Positions 52,384-64,000 of a stretch of DNA of 64,000 nucleotides are shown one piece after another. Within the stretch, counting starts at the first letter, position 1. Each line of letters opens with the position of its first letter. Source of the stretch: Octopus bimaculoides (lineage: Eukaryota); the NCBI RefSeq assembly GCF_001194135.2, contig NC_068981.1:167229234-167293233 (forward strand), given 5' to 3'. Made by a program: the position numbers and the translations under genes. A model generated the notes under the pieces. The model ran no database searches, was not told where the DNA came from, and saw nothing but the letters and a program-made list of their open reading frames with translations.

Positions 52384-52386
<3 letters not shown>
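51766..52386 (-). mobile_element. Family D element, full length, with four 19-bp terminal repeats
   Basis: TGAGTGAGAGAGCAGTGCATGCC...GGTACTGCATCCGGGCATT x4 (52308-52386), then (TTA)n. Confidence 0.85.
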
Positions 52387-52465
<79 letters not shown>

Positions 52466-52592
52466 TCTGGTTTCCTTTCATTATAACTTTATTTCAGCTG
52501 CCTTAGTAGCAGGCATCCTCCGGAGGCCAAGAGTAGCAAGGGCACTTTTGTTTTGCTATGCATGCTAAAATTATCACCATATTTATTCCATT

Positions 52593-52860
52593 TTAGACGG
52601 TGAGTGCTTTCTGTAGTATATGGGCTGTACCCATCAAGGTTATCTTTTGTAGTTTGGAGTTACCAGGGAGTTGCTTAATATACTTCTCAGCTCCCTTCTT
52701 TATCATCCCCAATGCACCAATTACTACTGGTATTTTTGTAGTACTAAGCTTCCACATTTTTGTGATTTCAGTTTGCAGATCTTTATAGGGAGAAAGTTTT
52801 TCGTATTCCTTTCTTGAGACATTTTGATCTTGGTCGAATGGAATCGATTTTTCTCTTTTT
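52593..52860 (-). mobile_element. R4/Dong LINE extreme C-terminus
   Basis: KEYEKLSPYKDLQTEITKMWKLSTTKIPVVIGALGMIKKG...LQKITLMGTAHILQKALTV*; (AAT)n at 52867-52990. Confidence 0.85.
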
Positions 52861-52902
52861 TTTTGCATAATAATAACAATAATAATAATAACAATAATAA
52901 TG

Positions 52903-52963
<61 letters not shown>

Positions 52964-53059
52964 TAATAATAATAATGATAATAATAATTATTATTTCATA
53001 TGCAAACGACAGATTAAACTGTTGGTAAAGGAACATTCCCAACATGGGGTTACAAGAAG

Positions 53060-53490
53060 TAACCTTAGATATTAAGAACATTCCTAAGTATCTTAGTTGT
53101 CATTAATAAAACTGTTTTCTGGAGCGTCACTACACTATGCCTATTTCTTCTATCCATCTGTTCAAATCTTTAGGGATAGTTTCTAATGCACCTAGTTTCC
53201 AATGGATCAGTCTTGTCACATTGTCATGTCGTCTTTTGTATTCACGATTATTATCATTATTGAGTGAGAGAGCAGTGCATGCCATCAAAGTGACACTGGG
53301 GTAAAATATACGAAGCCCAATATACACATCATGACTACCCGTCTGATAAGGGTACACCAGGCACATGCATCACAACCATATGTGCGCGACATGGTGATCT
53401 CATATCAAGATAAACAGCGCATGACCTCGCAGGTGGGGCCCAGTTAAAATTTTCTTCAGGTCGAGTAGCCCATCCCACTCAAAAGGTCCC
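53060..53490 (-). mobile_element. Deleted Dong C-terminus joined to a truncated family D element
   Basis: REYKRRHDNVTRLIHWK fused to LGALETIPKDLNRWIEEIGIV; 53261-53490 is the first ~230 bp (on +) of family D. Confidence 0.75.
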
Positions 53491-54325
53491 TCGTATTTTG
53501 TAACTCAATGGTTAAGCTCTGGTACTTTGCTATTTTCTATACCTCTTATATTGATTTTCTCATCATTTGGGACTGCAAAGTCAAATTACCTGGCACTTTC
53601 TATTCTCTTTTTCTACTACTACTAAATCAGACTTTCTAACTTGTATTACTCTGTCAGTATGAATGTTAAAATCCCTCAGCATCTTATATTTCTTACTTTC
53701 TAGCACTTTACTAGTTCATGTTCATACCATTTATCTGTATCCTATCTATCTACATAACTCCCAGTGGATTATTTTCCCTAGGATGTCATGTTCCTTCTTT
53801 TATTCTTTCTGTGCAGCATACTACATTACCTATACTATATGAGTAATACTTTTCTCTTTTGATTTATATAACCTACATTGGGAATCTACCTGGTTTTGGC
53901 TTTTATCCAATTATTTCTTAATGCTTGGCTTTGTGCTGCTACTAACACACTTTCTGTCTTTCCCCTTCAGCTTTCCTTTCTGTAACCATAACCAAGTCTC
54001 ACTATTATTATTTCCTGCAACTATCTTTAGGAATCTACCATGCACAGCCTTCTCTTGCCAGTTATATAATCTTTTCTTTTTTGCACTTTTTAACTTCATT
54101 TGGCCTTTTGATTTCCCTATGTTATACTGTTACTATAGCAGTTCTTAATAAACTTTCTTCTCTATTACCTACGCAGGAGGCTATATATCTACTCTAGTTA
54201 ACTCCACACAGTCTTCTACTGATATTAACCCTCTACTACCTCCCTTTCTAGGCAAGTATAATCTTGCTATTCCTGCTTTTGGGTTAAGCCCTCTATTCAT
54301 ATTGAATTCATTCCTGGTTCTTCTG
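53491..54325 (-). mobile_element. R4/Dong LINE post-RT, zinc-finger and RLE region, decayed
   Basis: RLYLPRKGGSRGLISVEDCV; WQEKAVHGRF..WLWLQKGKLKG..ESVLVAAQSQAL; HDILGKIIHWELC; DFNIHTDRVIQVRKSDLVVV. Confidence 0.8.
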
Positions 54326-54335
54326 TCTAGATGTG

Positions 54336-54382
<47 letters not shown>

Positions 54383-54393
54383 TATTGTTGTTG

Positions 54394-54431
<38 letters not shown>

Positions 54432-54560
54432 GTTAGAGTTCATGTTTGGCCGGTTCAAATAACATATGTATGAAAAGAAGTTGTTTGCTCCTCGCTCAAC
54501 TGTTTTCCATTTCTGAAGAATAGACTCTTCTCATATCGTAACATAACTGATTCCAAGAGA

Positions 54561-54674
<114 letters not shown>

Positions 54675-55259
54675 CACACACACACACACACAAAGAAGAT
54701 AATAGAAGGAGAAGAAAGAAAAACTGTTTCTAGTATGTACACTTTATTTACTGCCTCCATAAAAATGAATGGTAAAGTTGACTACAGTAGGATTTGAACT
54801 CAGCGTACAGGGAGCCGTAACAAGTACCGCAAGGCGCTAACAACTCTGCTTCGTTAGCTGTTCATAGCAATAACGATCATTAACTCAAACCGAGATCTTA
54901 CTTTACTCATTGTAAGAGTTTTAAATAGGAAAAAAAGCAGTTTTGTTTCCTAGCAGAATGGTAGTGTTTGATTAAATGCAGTTAGCAAGCCTAACGAAAA
55001 TTGTTATACGTTGAAAATAACGGATTTTTGGATTGTCATCCGTTTATTGTATGTGAGAAGCTAATAACTGACGCTATCTCATTTAACTATGGGCAAACTT
55101 TGTGAAACAATTACAGCATATAATGGTGTTGAATATGAAGATATTTTACCTCCAGCATTCATTTATATATTCTTCACAATGGTCTTCAAACGAAATACGA
55201 TATGGTGTTTACATTTGTCATATAATTTCTGAATAATTTCCTATAGTTCAAACATTTTC

Positions 55260-55349
<90 letters not shown>

Positions 55350-55554
55350 ATGTATGTATATATGTATGCGTGTATGTAATTTTGGCTCTAGGCCAGCAAT
55401 TTCGAGGGGGGAGGGAAGTCGCTTGCATCGATCTCAGTGTTCAACTGTTATTTATTTTATCCAATATTCTTCTTCTTCTTCTTCTTCTTCTTCTTCTTCT
55501 TCTTCTTCTTCTTCTTCTTCTTCTTCTTCTTCTTCTTCTTCTTCTTCTTCATAT

Positions 55555-56101
55555 TGAGCGAGAGAGCAATGCATGCTATCAAAGTGACATTGCGGTACAA
55601 ATATACGAAACCCAATATACCCGTCATGACTATCCGTCTGATAAAGGTGCACCAAGCACATGCATCTGAAGCATATGTGCATGACATGGTGATCTCATAT
55701 CAAGATAAACAGCACATGACCTTGCAGGTGGATCTGAATCAGAATTTTCTTCAGATAGAGTAGCCCATCCCACCCAAAATGTCCCTGAATAAGATTTGTT
55801 TAAGGTTGAGGAACGAAAAACCCATGTTTCCAGATGTGAATTATTCAAACTCCAAAGAATTCCTCTCAACATATAATTATGATATTCCCCTGTTACTCCT
55901 GCTTGTGATCGTAGATACACATGTTATCAGCCACTAAGGGACTTGCTCCAACGGTGAAGGTCAAGTAAATCTGTGGTATTGAGCAGAATATTTGTTGTAG
56001 CCAATATTTTCATATCAAGACAAAACGCGTACATAATAACACTTCCAATCAGTTAAGATCAGAAGCCACGAGAGCCACTGCCTAGTTCTGCATCAGGGCA
56101 T
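55555..56101 (-). mobile_element. Family D element, near full length
   Basis: Same termini as 51766-52386; (TTC)n on the left, (TTA)n on the right. Confidence 0.85.
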
Positions 56102-56270
56102 TATTATTATAATTATAATTATAATTATTATTATTATTATTATTATTATTATAACTGAGTGAGTCACTAATGTAAGCTGGAAGGAATGTCTCCTATATGT
56201 AACGTGTCCGAGTTGTATCATATTGTGTGTTGTTAGCATTTTTTAAAAGACACTTCTGTGATTTCTTGAA

Positions 56271-56470
56271 GAATCGTTAGCATGTTGGGTGAAATGCTTA
56301 GCGGTATTTCGTCTGCTACGTTCTGAGTTCAAATTCCGCTGAGGTCGACTTTGCTTTTCATCCTTTCGGGGGTCAGTGAAATAAGTATTAGTTAAGCACT
56401 GGTGTCAATGTAATCGACGTACTCACTCCCCCAAAATTTCAGGCCTTGTGCCTATAATAGAAAGGATTAT
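56271..56470 (+). mobile_element. SINE family A
   Basis: GAATCGTTAGCATG..TTCTGAGTTCAAATTCCGCTGAGGTCGACTTTGC..GGCCTTGTGCCTATAATAGAAAGGATTA. Confidence 0.9.
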
Positions 56471-56473
56471 TGT

Positions 56474-56510
<37 letters not shown>

Positions 56511-57142
56511 GCTAGTAAATACCAAGAATTTTCTTGGTAAAATTCCGAGTTTTTCGGAGATGGGGTGGTGTCAAAAATAAAGCAAACTCTGAAAGTGCTA
56601 AACTTTCCTAATAACAATATTCTCAGAGACACTAGATGCCGTTATTGCAAATTTACCGCCGCTACAGTTTAATTTTGATGCAAATAATACGTAGCATTAA
56701 TGTTTTCTGTGTGTGTATGTGTGTAGCTATTGAGATATATCCCAGTCTACTGCTGCAGTAACTGGACTATATTACATGGACAGTGACGGATATCTTCGTT
56801 TCTTGGTTCCCATTATTATGAGTGACAGATTTCCTATTACGGTCGCTATAATTGTACTCATGGGGTAAAATATTCGTGAGAATATGAAAGAGGTTTTCTT
56901 TTCTTTTTTGTTTTACAATTTCTTTTTTTTGGAAGAGAGACAGCAAACTTACAACATCATACTGAAGATTAAAATTATAATTAAATGTTCCATAATGTAT
57001 ACCATAAGAGTGACCACAAAAAGCAGAGGCATTCATAAGGATACTTCATCATGAATAACAGACAGGCATGTGGAAAAGCGGTTGAAGCTGGAGCCGAAAA
57101 ACTAACCAATCAGCTATTATTTATCTATATATATTGTAAATT

Positions 57143-57529
57143 GTCGAGGCGCAATGGCCCAGTGGTTAGGGCAGCGGACTCGCGGTCATAGGATCGCGGC
57201 TTCGATTCCCAGACCGGGCGTTGTGAGTGTTTATTGAGCGAAAACACCTAAAGCTCCACGAGTCTCCGGCAGGGGATAGTGGCGAACCCTGCTGTACTCT
57301 TTCACCACAACTTTCTCTCACTCTTACTTCCTGTTGCTCTTGTACCTGTAATTCAAAGGGTAAGCCTTGTCACACTGTGTCACGCTGAATATCCTCGAGA
57401 ACTACATTAAGAGTACACGTGTCTGTGGAGTGCTCAGCCACTTGCACGCTAATTTCACGAGCAGGCTGTTCCGTCGATCGGATCAGCTGGAACCCTCGAC
57501 GTCGTAAGCGACGGAGTGCCAACAACAAC
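57143..57529 (+). mobile_element. Full-length tRNA-derived SINE (family C) with (AAC)n tail and 12-bp TSD
   Basis: A box TGGCCCAGTGG, B box GCTTCGATTCC, tail CCAACAACAAC; ATATTGTAAATT at 57131-57142 and 57530-57541. Confidence 0.92.
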
Positions 57530-57682
57530 ATATTGTAAATTAAGTATTTTGTGAATAAGAGTAATCTTGTATTTTGGTTTCTTATAGGACAGTTACTGGT
57601 TCACTCTTCCTATCTCCCTCTCTCTCCTCTTTTTCTTTATGTGTATGTGTGAGTTATACATATGTATAAATCTCACACCTAC

Positions 57683-57720
<38 letters not shown>

Positions 57721-57759
57721 GTGTGTTTGTGTGTGTGTGTGTATTTGTGCGTGTGTGCG

Positions 57760-57791
<32 letters not shown>

Positions 57792-58096
57792 TGCATATAT
57801 GTATGTATGCATGTATGTATGTATGTATGCACGAAAAAGTTTCTACCATGCTTTGAAGGGCATTATAAGAAATATCCCTCGGGCAGACAAAACATTTAAA
57901 CACATAAGATGTATCACTCATACGATTCCCTCACGCTAGAAAGGACAGCTAAGTTCCAAACCACTATTAGGGATAAAATTTCGAAGAGAATGAAAAATAA
58001 AAACATTTACCATCTACCTCCTGAACCATGGTTTCTGACTTGGGGGAATCCTATGATGGATACCGCTTATGTGTTTAAATGTACACTATCTATATG

Positions 58097-58136
<40 letters not shown>

Positions 58137-58940
58137 TGTATTTATATATATCCATTTATATATATCTATATATATATGTATTTATATATATTTTTATATA
58201 TATATATGTATTTATATATATGCATATATATGTATATATATACGTGTATATATATATATATATATATATNNNNNNNNNNNNNNNNNNNNNNNNNNNNNNN
58301 NNNNNNNNNNNNNNNNNNNNNNNNNNNNNNNNNNNNNNNNNNNNNNNNNNNNNNNNNNNNNNNNNNNNNNNNNNNNNNNNNNNNNNNNNNNNNNNNNNNN
58401 NNNNNNNNNNNNNNNNNNNNNNNNNNNNNNNNNNNNNNNNNNNNNNNNNNNNNNNNNNNNNNNNNNNNNNNNNNNNNNNNNNNNNNNNNNNNNNNNNNNN
58501 NNNNNNNNNNNNNNNNNNNNNNNNNNNNNNNNNNNNNNNNNNNNNNNNNNNNNNNNNNNNNNNNNNNNNNNNNNNNNNNNNNNNNNNNNNNNNNNNNNNN
58601 NNNNNNNNNNNNNNNNNNNNNNNNNNNNNNNNNNNNNNNNNNNNNNNNNNNNNNNNNNNNNNNNNNNNNNNNNNNNNNNNNNNNNNNNNNNNNNNNNNNN
58701 NNNNNNNNNNNNNNNNNNNNNNNNNNNNNNNNNNNNNNNNNNNNNNNNNNNNNNNNNNNNNNNNNNNNNNNNNNNNNNNNNNNNNNNNNNNNNNNNNNNN
58801 NNNNNNNNNNNNNNNNNNNNNNNNNNNNNNNNNNNNNNNNNNNNNNNATATATATATATATATATATATGTGTATATATATATACGTATATGTATATATG
58901 TATATGTATATATATATGTGGATATGTATATATATATGTG

Positions 58941-59015
<75 letters not shown>

Positions 59016-59879
59016 ATATGTGTGTGTATATACATATATGTGTTTGTATATATATATATATATATATGTGTGCATATATATGTATATGTATATATACATG
59101 TATATATATTTATATGTATATCTATATATATATCTGTTTATAGACATATGTGTATGTATGTATGTGTGTGTATGCGTGCGTGTATGTGTGAGTGTGTCTA
59201 AACCATGAAGTGATATATTATAGATTATGGCATTTAATTGGTCAGAATGTTACCGTCGGTTTCGCACCGACATCTTCTGGCATGATGACCGGTAGAGTTG
59301 TCAATTTTGTGCATTTTTTTTTTGTAGTTGGAAATTTTACAGAAGTAATTATGTGTATGTATGGGAAATATTGTCAATTAGATGGGTTCAATTTTTGCAT
59401 GTTATCTCTTAGTCTGTGGAGTTGTTCCAGGGCAGTAAATGGAGAGAAATGGTGGAGTACACCTGAGCACTGTATGCAATAAACTCGTTATTACTATTCA
59501 ACGAAATGAGCTCGTTCAGTTTATATTGATAGTTTCATGATGATTGAAATATTTCTGGGCTGCATCTTTTATTTCATTGTTCTCGAGTGACTGACATACT
59601 TTCTATCTATAGAAAATTGATTTTAATTCATTATGGACCATTTATAGCTCTTGGTTTTGTGTCCAGTATACGGTGAAGATGATGATGGTAGTGGTAGTGA
59701 TGAAGATAATGATGGTGGTGATGACGCTGCAGCTGTCGTTGCTCGTGTCATTCTTGTTGGTGATGTGATTGTTGTTGCTGTTGCGAAAGAAAAAGCAGCA
59801 AACTGGTGGAATCCCCGAAGCATTAAGAAAAAAAAAATGTTTTGCAATATTTTTTACTCTTTACAAACCAAGTGCAAAT

Positions 59880-60085
59880 TCCACTGACGTCAACTTTGTC
59901 TTTCATCCTTCGGCGTGGAAACGACATTTCGTTCGTCTTTACGCTCCGAATTCAAATTCTGCCGTGGTCGACCTTGCCTTTCATCCTTTGGGAATCGAGA
60001 AAATAAGTACCAGTTGAACACTGAGGTCGATGTAATCGACTTACTTGTTACCCCGAAATTGTTGGCCTTGTGCCAAAATTTGAAA
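59880..60085 (+). mobile_element. SINE family A (short fragment followed by a near full body)
   Basis: GTCAACTTTGTCTTTCATCCTTC, then CCGAATTCAAATTCTGCCGTGGTCGACCTTGCCTTTCATCC..GGCCTTGTGCCAAAATTTGAAATC. Confidence 0.8.
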
Positions 60086-60183
60086 TCAATATTTACATTG
60101 TTGATTAAAAATCTATTGATATGTTCTGTAGTACATCGTACAACTGAAAGAAAATATACAGACATATGCATACATACGTAATA

Positions 60184-60650
60184 TGCAGGGTGCAGTGAAT
60201 AAACTGTTGTCTAAATTACGCAAAAATTAAAATAACACTGACATCTCATTTTAACATATATATTTATCAAAATTACATAAAAATATTTCGAAATACTAAA
60301 GAGTAAATTTATTGTATAAAATCGCCATTGGCTTCAACCACAGCCTCCAGACGACTTCGCAAATCTCTTGCAAGTCTTCTGGGCGGTCTCCTCGTTTAAT
60401 TTGATGAATGCTATCATAATCCTTGCCTCCAGTTCATATTTGGTGTTACAAGGAGTTTTGTTGGTCTCTCACTCAACTGCGCCCCACACATAATAATCAA
60501 GTGAGTTGCAGTTTGGGGAGTTAGGTGGTCTGATATTAGGGGTGAGGTGGTCGTAGAAATTGTCTGACAGCCATGATTGGATTCTCTTGCTTGTGTGGCA
60601 TGGTACAGAGTCCTGTTGTCAGACATAGGTTTCTTCCAGCAGCTACCCTC
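60184..60650 (-). mobile_element. IS630-Tc1-mariner superfamily transposase C-terminus (maT/DD37D-like) and terminus
   Basis: QQDSVPCHTSKRIQSWLSDNFYDHLTPNIRPPNSPNCNSLDYYVWGAVE..TNKTPCNTKYEL; CAGGGTG terminus near 60186. Confidence 0.8.
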
Positions 60651-60759
60651 TTGACCTAGGGCAGCATTACCTTCCCCATTTTTTAAGGAGGGGGTAGCCA
60701 CAACAAGACACACATCAGGCATTCCATTTATTTCTCAGCTCAAAGAGGCGAGCCCCGTT

Positions 60760-61790
60760 CTATGCTCGGATCAAAGCATAGGACACAACCCTCAATATCA
60801 GCAGCGGAACCCGACAGCATATGCTGGTTTACCCCTGCTGCAGCATGCTAGTTTCGTACCCCTTTGAGCATTTCACTCATCCGTCCACAAACACTCTCCA
60901 AGCTTTCCTATCATTTATAAATTATCTTGCCTCTCTCACTCCAACACCTCTAACCACAAAATCTTTCCTCACTCCATCCATCCACACAAACCGAAGTCTG
61001 CCTCTGGTTCTGCTGCCTACCACTTCTGTCTTCATCACCCTCCTTACCATCCGCCCCTCATCCATCCTCTCCATGTGGCCAAGCCACCTCAACATTCGTC
61101 TATCCATTTTGGTTGTTAGTTTTTCTCTCACTCCTGCTCGCCTTAGTACCTCCTCATTCTTCATCCTGTCCTTCTGTGTTACATCAACCACAGCTCTCAA
61201 ACATCTCATCTCAAAAATATCTAGTCGCCTCTTTTCCGCATCTCTCAGCTCCCACGTCTCTGCACCATATAACATTGTCGGCACAATTACACCCTTATAC
61301 ACACCTCTTTTCGCTTTCATACTCAACCATTTATCTCTCAGCATACCTTTCACAACTCCCCTCCCTCACTCTATATCCCATTTCCTCAGCCAACCTCCCA
61401 TCCGCCGTCACATGTGATCCCAGATACTTAAAAACACTAACCTCCTCTAACATCTCACATCCACCCTACCAGCCATTCCATCTCTCGAACATCTCATCAC
61501 CTTACTCTTAGCTACATTCACTTTCAGTTTCCTCCTCTCACACACTCTTCCAAACTCTATCACCAGTCTCCTCAGTTGCTCTTCCGAATCCGCCACCAGT
61601 GCCATATCATCAGTAAACAACAACTGACTCACCTGCCATTTCTCTCCATTTTCTCCCACCATTTGGGTTCCTCTACCAAAGGTTCTATCATTTACCTCTC
61701 TCACTACACCATCCATATATAAATTAAACAGCCACGGAGACCTCACATAACCCTGTCTTAACCCCACCTTCACATCAAACTACTCACTTC
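60760..61790 (-). mobile_element. Second RTE-clade LINE: RT domains, C-terminus and 3' UTR
   Basis: KVGLRQGYVRSPWLFNLYMD..LLFTDDMALVADS..LKVNVAKSKVM (61447-61773) and GVIVPTMLYGAETW..LRWLGHMERM (60922-61353). Confidence 0.9.
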
Positions 61791-63129
61791 ACCACCCACC
61801 CTAACACACGCCCTACTTTCTCTATAATATATATATATATANNNNNNNNNNNNNNNNNNNNNNNNNNNNNNNNNNNNNNNNNNNNNNNNNNNNNNNNNNN
61901 NNNNNNNNNNNNNNNNNNNNNNNNNNNNNNNNNNNNNNNNNNNNNNNNNNNNNNNNNNNNNNNNNNNNNNNNNNNNNNNNNNNNNNNNNNNNNNNNNNNN
62001 NNNNNNNNNNNNNNNNNNNNNNNNNNNNNNNNNNNNNNNNNNNNNNNNNNNNNNNNNNNNNNNNNNNNNNNNNNNNNNNNNNNNNNNNNNNNNNNNNNNN
62101 NNNNNNNNNNNNNNNNNNNNNNNNNNNNNNNNNNNNNNNNNNNNNNNNNNNNNNNNNNNNNNNNNNNNNNNNNNNNNNNNNNNNNNNNNNNNNNNNNNNN
62201 NNNNNNNNNNNNNNNNNNNNNNNNNNNNNNNNNNNNNNNNNNNNNNNNNNNNNNNNNNNNNNNNNNNNNNNNNNNNNNNNNNNNNNNNNNNNNNNNNNNN
62301 NNNNNNNNNNNNNNNNNNNNNNNNNNNNNNNNNNNNNNNNNNNNNNNNNNNNNNNNNNNNNNNNNNNNNNNNNNNNNNNNNNNNNNNNNNNNNNNNNNNN
62401 NNNNNNNNNNNNNNNNNNNNNNNNNNNNNNNNNNNNNNNNNNNNNNNNNNNNNNNNNNNNNNNNNNNNNNNNNNNNNNNNNNNNNNNNNNNNNNNNNNAT
62501 ATATATATCCATGCACATTTGTATTCATACCTACATCATATGTGTACGTACATAAATACATGTAGATATGCAGTAGCATTCTCTACATACTCATATACAG
62601 GCACATGTTCATACACAGACGCCTTTATATACGTACGTACCCACCTACATACATATCTACCTACCAACACACACAGACACACACGCATGTGTATGTGTGC
62701 GTGCGTATGTATGTACATATACATATTGACACATTTCTATATATATGCAAATGCATTATATACACATACACGCGTTTATGCGCATATAAATTTAGCACCG
62801 TAGTGAGACAGTTTGTGGAAATTATTGTAAAAGTGCAATACATGTATCAATGAACTTGCTTTTGTCCTTAATTATTCGATTTATTTCCATATAGAAAGAG
62901 TTGTTTTTAAGATGGAAATAAAACCCAATTTAGAAATTTAAATCCTAACAGTGAGAACGGTTAGATGCTGAACTATAGTAGAGTCTTGCATATTTTTTAC
63001 GGTTCCATTTTTAGATTTTATTTGCGAAGTATTTGTTAGCTTCCCATATTTTTGTTGAATGCTCTGGCGTTTAAAAATTGTTGCTTAGATGTTTATTTAA
63101 ATGTTTACCAACATAACCAAATATTCTTA

Positions 63130-64000
63130 TAGTTTAGACATCAAACATTATATGTTTGAGTTTACAATCTGGGTAGAGCAGATGCAGGTTTCGTAAATAT
63201 TCTCTTTGTCACCGATTTTGAAATTAAAAAAAAATTTCCTCTGCTGAGTAGTTGATCGCAATAACTGTACGTAAAGGTTTCTTTTCTGTTCCATATAACA
63301 ATATCAAGTTTGCTATGTTTAAATTTGGCGAAATTTTGACGGATATATTCCACCAATAATTCTTGCACATGAAACGTTTGTATATCCTCAAAAAGAGAAA
63401 TGTTTTCTATTCATGAGTAGTCTTTTCTACACTTGTTTACCAACAGCATCAAGTTGCATTTGAAGGTCGTATCTTAATGACATTTATGTAGCTGCTGATC
63501 TCACGTATAATATCATTCACCAACATGTTGTATAATCGACATTTTCAGTTGCATCTTCCAGATTTGAGGGATTCGCTGTTTCTTTTGTTCTTTACGTATT
63601 CTGTAGCTAGCTTTCACCTGCTTTTGAATCGCAAATGAGATATGATGTAACTGTTATGAATCCTAGAGTGGTTACACTTCTTGTCGATATTAGCATCATA
63701 CTCAATTTTACGAAAAGCATACACGTTCTTGGTATGAAGATTTTCACTTCAAAGTATTTTTCGAGGTAAGCTATTTTAGTAATTCTGCGATAGTATGGAA
63801 TGTCATTAGAAAAAGAAGACTTCTTGAGTTCACTTCCGACGCAAAGAGTGTTATTCTCTTTAGCTTGGAGTACTTGATTGACGTAATTGTTTTTGCGGCT
63901 GTTTAACTGATACCAACGATACTCAAAGGCTGTCTAGACTAATATGAACCCCTTTCATTCCTCTTTTCTTTTCTAAGACCGAGCCTTTGACTTTCTGTGG
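63130..64000 (-). mobile_element. Heavily decayed RLE-type LINE of the 45669-46603 kind
   Basis: KCRLYNMLVNDIIREISS / MSLRYDLQMQLDAVGKQV aligns by eye to CRLC..DITHVIS..MSSRYYLPMRHDVVSK; KHSKLDIVIWNRKE resembles HNKPDIVIW. Confidence 0.6.

Noticed and set aside
57146-57215. tRNA-like sequence
   Set aside because: No acceptor stem or terminator; it continues into a SINE body with tail and TSD.
57909-59208. Long ORFs of 190-430 aa spanning gaps (also 6933-7589, 29222-29727, 37451-38448, 43587-44673, 61770-62579)
   Set aside because: Composed of N runs and YI/CV/HT dipeptide microsatellite translations.

Overview
AT-rich, repeat-dense animal DNA with 12 assembly gaps. The mix of SINE families, RTE/R4-Dong/CR1 LINEs, mariner, Helitron and very dense microsatellites suggests an octopus (cephalopod) genome; this is inferred, not searched. 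I found no confident host protein-coding gene, rRNA, true tRNA or CRISPR array. Most ORFs in the supplied track are microsatellite or N-gap artefacts, and the rest are transposon fragments. The main finding is a type I hammerhead ribozyme at 44684-44757 (minus strand). It is fully paired except for one core substitution and lies inside a ~335-bp head-to-tail repeat with no ORF, the architecture of a non-LTR retrozyme or Penelope pLTR. A minimal hammerhead sits at 4826-4868 inside a 24-bp inverted repeat, and a third, damaged core sits at 30767-30801. Other observations: an open CCCH zinc-finger frame missed by the ORF track (1-570, minus), two near-identical inverted duplications about 6 kb apart, several foldbacks, microsatellite-targeted RLE LINE clusters, and an Illumina adapter left in the assembly at 48790-48805. 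All identities were counted by eye.
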